Shown piece by piece: positions 61,681-64,000 of a stretch of DNA of 64,000 nt. Below the pieces are notes generated by a model. That model was not told the DNA's origin, did no database searches, and saw nothing but the letters and a program-made list of their open reading frames with translations. Numbering within the stretch: the first letter of the stretch is position 1; every line of letters starts with the position of its first letter. The DNA is from Epiperipatus broadwayi (lineage: Eukaryota > Animalia > Onychophora). The stretch covers positions 18,910,001 to 18,974,000 of the forward strand of contig JAQFVV010000005.1 in NCBI GenBank assembly GCA_028023455.1. Reading direction: 5' to 3'. The translations under genes were made by a program, and so were the position numbers.

Positions 61681-63360
61681 GTCATAACAAGCATGTTGAA
61701 CAACAAAGGTATTACAACTGCAAAGTTAATTAACTTATTTCTATGGATTTATATAAGAAATGTGTAGAAAATGTATGCATGATCAGTACATAATTATAAA
61801 AGTGGAAAAGAGGATAGATAAATTAGTTAGAAAAAAAAGTAGAGTTATGGAAAATGAATATAATTAAAAATAATAATTTGAAATTATATAATATACATAT
61901 ATTTACATACACACACATACTATATAATGTGAAAGGATTTATAATAATAGGAGAGGAAACTTATTATTTGATATAATGACAAGAACTTAAGACACTATAA
62001 AAATAAGGTAAACTGAAATAAAGACTTGGACAGCATATATAATTTGTACAAAAATTAAAGCAAAAATATTGAATATTTATTTCAGTATATTAGAATGTTA
62101 AAAAAATCACAATAAATTGGAGAAGAAATTTAAAGAAGATATTTTATAATCTTTTGGTTAGGTCTTTATAATAAAATAAGATATCTGAAAACAGGATAAT
62201 AGAACTAATAAAATTGTTATTAAAATGGGATTGGATAAGAAAAAGTAAGAAATGAATGAATTTATTGTGGTATATAATAGTTTTAGAAAGAGGATTTCTG
62301 AATATATAATCTATGCATAGACATTTCTCAGTTCATTTAAGAAGTCATTTACAACATATTACATTATCATGCTTAGCTGCACAATTGAGTGTCCTCCCAA
62401 ATTCTTTATTTCCTAAATATGCTTTTCTATTGTAGATGATCAATTTTGAGCTAATTAAGTTTCTTTGGTAACAGCTTTTAATTTTCACTGAACCCATCTA
62501 ATAATTACATTTTCTCTTATTCAAACTAATTTCAAATAATCTAAGCAAACTTGCTTGTATTGCTTATTTATGTTGGTCACAAGGCCAAAAATTAATTAAT
62601 TAATTAAGATGTTTTCCTGTGTCATTTAGCAACGATCGATACAATAGTTAGATATATCTCAATTGATTCAACTAGGTTAAATGAGAAGAACTGTCAAATT
62701 CAACACATTATTTTGATATTCAAGTAAAACATTATCTTCTGTATTACTCACCATACAATATATTATTTTTTATAAAGATGTATAAATTGTATTAAAAGAG
62801 TGACAAAGATTAAATTTCTATTTACTAAATCAGTAAATGAGACACACACACCTCCAAGCTCTACTTCCACTCACATGTTATGGAAATATTTATTATTATA
62901 ACTTAATAGTATATTTGTTTCAGTAGTCTGTCCTTATATAAAACAATTTATTGTAATATTAAATAATGCAAACTATATATAAAGTTACACATTACATAGC
63001 ATTACATAAAGAATATTATTTATTTACTGATGTAAAGAATCAAGCCACTGATTTGCCAATTACTCATACAATTAGATCAAATGCACATGGATTGCTAAAA
63101 AGAGGTTAAACAGTCTTTTTAATAAATAGCCCTCTGAAGACAATGATCTCTTCAAGAGCTCTTCATATAGAAACAGTGAAAGAAAATGCTTTGTACTCCA
63201 CCAAGTTTGCCAATTGCAAAGTGGTAGGATATGAACAGTTTTCAATCCTTCTAGCTAAGAATATAAAGATATTTAATTACTGACCAATGCTGTACAATTA
63301 ATGGGTTGGCTATTGACCAGTTATTTAATAAAAAATCCTAAGCCTCTTGGCAAAAATTTC

Positions 63361-63432
63361 ATTTGTCCCAGATTCGAACCTTTAAGTCAGAGGTATAAGG
63401 GGAAAATGTGCTACCTCTGCACCATTTAGACT
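63361..63432 (-). other. tRNA-derived SINE head
   Basis: A-box TGGTGCAGAGGTAG and B-box GGTTCGAATC at tRNA-like spacing; no valid cloverleaf. Confidence 0.6.
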
Positions 63433-63539
63433 GTTACACATTAATAAAACATTTACAAATTATTCACAAATTCCATGATGAATAATTCATTATTTTCGAA
63501 TAAACATCAATTGTGACATGAAGCAACTGTCTTTGTTGT

Positions 63540-63745
63540 TGATATGTATATGTATGCTTAAATGCACATACATAATATAGGTGTAAACTTAATGAGAAAA
63601 AGTTATAAGTTTAAATAAATTAAAGAATTTTGAAAAACTAATTCTTTTTAAAATAGTAAGTAAAAGATTTATAACTTTAAGATTAGAAAAAGATTATTTT
63701 CTAAAATGAATACCAATCTAATTAATGAGAGTAGAATACTTCGTT
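63540..63745 (+). repeat. Partial LTR of the 32648-36273 family
   Basis: Starts TGATATGTAT and shares AGATTAGAAAAAGATTATTTTCTAAA..TTAATGAGAGTAGAAT. Confidence 0.7.
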
Positions 63746-64000
63746 AATGAAATATAAAAAAAACAAAAAAAAAGGAAAATAAATAGGGCACACTGATGCT
63801 CTATCATGTATGCCTGATCAGACTGAAAGATATAAAAAAGAAATTAATTATATCGATGCCTTGAAGAGTCAAACCCTCAACAGCACAATAGTGACTGCAT
63901 GGTCATCCGAAGACAATGGCTAACAATGGATGGTAAAGCAGATCAGCAAAGGATGGCCGAATCAACGACCTAGTTTTCTTCATAAAGAATTATGGAATGC

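Noticed and set aside
5453-61733. Numerous 62-125 aa I/F/L/Y/K-rich ORFs in the track
   Set aside because: Expected by chance in very AT-rich DNA; most begin at non-ATG codons and carry no motifs.
62990-63260. Coding-looking stretch with CTGAAGA...GAAAC
   Set aside because: No recognisable domain; the hammerhead helices do not form.
31610-63432. Functional tRNA genes at 31610-31700 and 63361-63432
   Set aside because: A/B boxes are present, but the anticodon and T arms do not pair.

Overview
Very AT-rich, CpG-depleted animal (invertebrate) genomic DNA, not prokaryotic. The only host gene I can support is synergin gamma (SYNRG): its last two coding exons lie on the - strand (37994-38085 and 25506-25745), separated by a 12.2 kb transposon-filled intron. 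The rest is mostly mobile DNA. There are three Ty3/Gypsy LTR elements of different ages (one nearly intact, with LTRs, PBS, PPT and TSD), a gag-only LTR element, solo LTRs, RTE/LINE and hAT fragments, a cytochrome b NUMT and several foldback elements. The most striking feature is a ~6.5 kb head-to-head doublet of an intact Penelope-like element (PLE; two identical 787-aa RT + GIY-YIG ORFs). Each of its four pseudo-LTR copies carries a hammerhead-ribozyme fold with an apparent compensatory U3-A8 core in place of the canonical C3-G8. Hammerhead-like motifs recur in about five other small non-coding repeat families, most with the same head-to-head inverted layout, and one is fused to a tRNA-derived head. 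All calls are by eye; no database search, alignment or folding program was run.
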